Shown one piece after another: positions 61,185 through 64,000 of a DNA stretch of 64,000 bases. Source of the DNA: Octopus sinensis (lineage: Eukaryota). The notes beneath the pieces were generated by a model. It had not been told where the DNA came from, searched no databases, and worked only from the letters and a program-made list of their open reading frames with translations. The stretch covers positions 19,282,001 to 19,346,000 of the forward strand of contig NC_042999.1 of NCBI RefSeq assembly GCF_006345805.1, in the 5' to 3' direction. Numbering within the stretch: position 1 is the first letter of the stretch; every line of letters begins with the position of its first letter. The translations under genes and the position numbers were made by a program.

Positions 61185-61930
61185 CCTTTCGAGGTCGATA
61201 AATTAAGTACCAGTTACACACTGCGGCGGTCTAATCGACTGCCCCCCTCCCCCACAATTTTGGGCCTTGTGCCTAGAGTAGAAACAAATATATTCTAAAG
61301 CTGTAAGGCGGCGAGTTGGCAAAAACGTTAGCACGCCGGGCGAAATGCTTAGCGGTATTTCGTCTGCCGTTACGTTCTGAGTTCAAATTTCGCCGACGTC
61401 GACTTTGCCTTTCATCCTTTCGGGGTCGATTAAATAAGTACCAGTTACGCACTGAAGTCTATATAATCGACTTAAACCGTTTGTATGTCCTTGTTTGTTC
61501 TCTCTGTGTTTAGCCCCTTGTGGGTAGTAAAGGAATAGGTATTTCATCCGTCTTTATGTTCTGAGTTCAAATTCCGCCGAGGTCGACTTTGCCTTTCATC
61601 CTTTCAGGGTCGCTTAAATAAGTACCAGTTATACACTGGGGTCGATATAATCGGCTTAATCTGTTTTTCTGTCCTTGTTTGTCCCCTCTGTGTTTAGCCC
61701 CTTGTGAGCAGTAAAGAAATAAGAAACGTTAGCACCGCAGGCAAAATGCTTAGGGATATTTCGTCTGTCTTTACGTTCTGAATTCAAATTCCGCCGAAGT
61801 CGACTTTGCTTTTCATCCTTTCGGGGTCGATAAATTAAGTACCAGTTGCATACTGGGGTCAATCTAATCAACTATTCCCCCCCCCCAAAAAAAAAGTTTC
61901 GGGCCTTGTGCCTAGAGTAAAAAAGAATAT
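61185..61930 (+). mobile_element. SINE B multimer (B2 fragment, then full B1, truncated B1, near-full B2)
   Basis: Four cores in tandem. Confidence 0.9.
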
Positions 61931-62564
61931 CTTGTAAGGCTTAGTTAGTTATATTCTTGTTCGTCCTTAATTTCTGTCCACTCTATAGCAACTTGCCTTT
62001 TCATCGTTCAGTGCTTTATAAAATCGATACATGTGAGAGCCAGTGTCATAAAATGTTCTCCTAATTCAAAATGTCTGGCCTTATTTCAACCCTTGAAGCA
62101 ATTACTGAGTTTTTTCTTTTTCTCATCGCATTTGTTTTTGCGTTTAGCTTTTATTGTGCAATATCTATTACTAGCAATAATGTGCGCTGAATTTTTTAAA
62201 ACATTCTTTACGCATATTTTTTTTTTTATCATTTTTTCACAGCTTCATTGGTCTTATATGTTATAGTATTACAAAAACTATACATATTACAACAAAAAAA
62301 AAACAAAAAAAGAAACCAAAAGAAGACAATAAATGTGTTGCTTAGTTTCAGAGCATCAAGATAACATGACAAGTGAGAGGTGTCACACGTATGAAACTAG
62401 CCAAATATATCAAATATGCATGTATAAAAATGATCGGCTTGTCAGTTTTAGTCGAAGATCATAAACTAATCGATCTGCAGTCAAAAGCACGAACTTTTCA
62501 CTTTTTATTGTGATACATAGAGATTATTCAGATACAAGGAAAAAAAGAAGACAGTTAATCATGT

Positions 62565-62603
62565 AATAGCAGAAGCAGTGGTAGCGGCGGCAACAGCAGC
62601 TGT

Positions 62604-62644
<41 letters not shown>

Positions 62645-63050
62645 TAATAGTAGTAGTGGTGGTAGTGGTGGTGGTTGTGGGGTAGTGGTGGTGGTTTCGA
62701 TGGTATTCTTCTTCTTATTATTATTATTATTAGCAGTAGAAGTAGTAGTAGATGTAGAAGTAATAGAAGTCGCCGTAGTAGTAGTAGTAGTAGTGGTGAT
62801 GGTATTATTATTAGCAGTAGTAGAAGTGGCAGCAGCAGTAGTAGTGTTAGTCGATGTAGTAATTGTAGTAGTGGCGGTGGTGCTGATAGTATTATTAATA
62901 GTATTGGCAGTAGTAGTAGTAACAGCAGCAGTAGTAGTAGTAGTAGTAGTAGTAGTTTTTGTTGTTCTTGCTGCTGTTGCTGTTGATATTTTGCGTTAGC
63001 TGTTACAGTGATTGTGTTCGTAGTAGTTGTAGCCGTGTTGGTGATGATAG

Positions 63051-63081
<31 letters not shown>

Positions 63082-63095
63082 GGTGGTCGGTGGTT
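62565..63095. repeat. Compound (GTA/GCA/GGT/GTT) microsatellite region
   Basis: Seen directly. Confidence 0.95.
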
Positions 63096-63159
63096 GTTAA
63101 CATATTGCGCCAGGTCTGTCCTGATCCAGCAGGCCCATATTTAAGAATGTTCCAAATTT

Positions 63160-63663
63160 CATAAACCTATCGGGCCCTAGTGCTTATTTTTCTTTTTACT
63201 TTTCAGTAACTCCCTCTCTTGCCAAACCGCTAAGTTATGAGACATGGGACGTAAACAAATCTGCACCAAACGTCAAGTGGTGGGGTGGACAAACACAAAC
63301 ACAAGAAAACACACACACATATGTGTGTGTTAGATGTATATGTAAATGTACACACACGTACAATTTCCTTCTCCGAAACTCACCTTTCTTCTCTTTCTGA
63401 CGAAGAGATTTTCTGAATTTCAGTCTAATACATTCCATATGTATGTCCTTTTACTTTTTTTTTTTTTTTCAACGTTCACTTTTCAATGTTCGATTTCACT
63501 CTTTCCTCACCCCAACTAGTCGCCATGCTTGATCACTAAATCCACAAGGTTTTTTTTTATCCACTCTGCTTATTTTCATTTATTCCTTTCTGCTGAAGAA
63601 CGTAGGCTCGAAACGTAAAGGACTTTCACACTTTCCCGAATGTCAAATATATATATATACATA

Positions 63664-63699
<36 letters not shown>

Positions 63700-63930
63700 T
63701 ATATTATGTATGTATGTATGTTATGTATGTATGTATGTATGTATGTATGTATGTATGTATGTATGTATGTATGTATGTATGTATAGACGAGGTCTTCCGG
63801 GCAGCTCACTTTCTGTCTACCAAATTCACTTACAAGGCATTGGTCAGTCTGGGCTATAATAGAAGGCATTTGCCCAAGGTGCCTCGAAGGTAGACTTAAA
63901 CAACAGACCACTTGATTACGAACCATGCTC
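63160..63930 (-). mobile_element. Old SINE A split by family-H Penelope-like fragments (about 63360-63650, + strand)
   Basis: SINE halves at 63160-63360 and 63785-63930; tccttt-CTGCTGA-agaacgtaggctc-GAAAC-GTA-aagga at 63584-63622. Confidence 0.65.
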
Positions 63931-64000
63931 TCACTTATTAGCTTATATTTTATTTAAATTTTATTCGCAAGCAGTGAATCTCGGAGTACGGTATCTAGTG

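Overview
Eukaryotic, very AT-rich, repeat-saturated DNA. The SINE families look like those of Octopus genomes (inference from recalled sequences, no search run). No complete host gene was identified; there are only a few candidate exons. Main contents: (1) many tRNA-headed SINEs in several families plus microsatellites; (2) a 5'-truncated CR1-group LINE (about 38.4-42.57 kb) with an open APE+RT frame and an ORF1 with two CCCH fingers; (3) an ORF1-only (HAL1-like) L1/Tx1-type element present as a full plus truncated tandem inside one 16-bp TSD, sharing its 3' tail with the commonest SINE; (4) fragments of RTE, R4/Dong, CR1 and Penelope retroelements and of maT (DD37D), mariner, piggyBac/Kolobok-like and Helentron-type DNA elements. 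The most striking theme is the density of type I hammerhead ribozyme (HHR) motifs in Penelope-like termini next to (AT)n tracts. These include a three-hammerhead retrozyme-like array (8.47-9.8 kb) that would release a 546-nt unit, a near-perfect palindrome with an HHR on each strand (51.2-51.4 kb), and a tRNA-headed SINE whose tail is a Penelope-type HHR terminus (7.9 kb and 57.0 kb). Coordinates were counted by eye; repeat boundaries are approximate.
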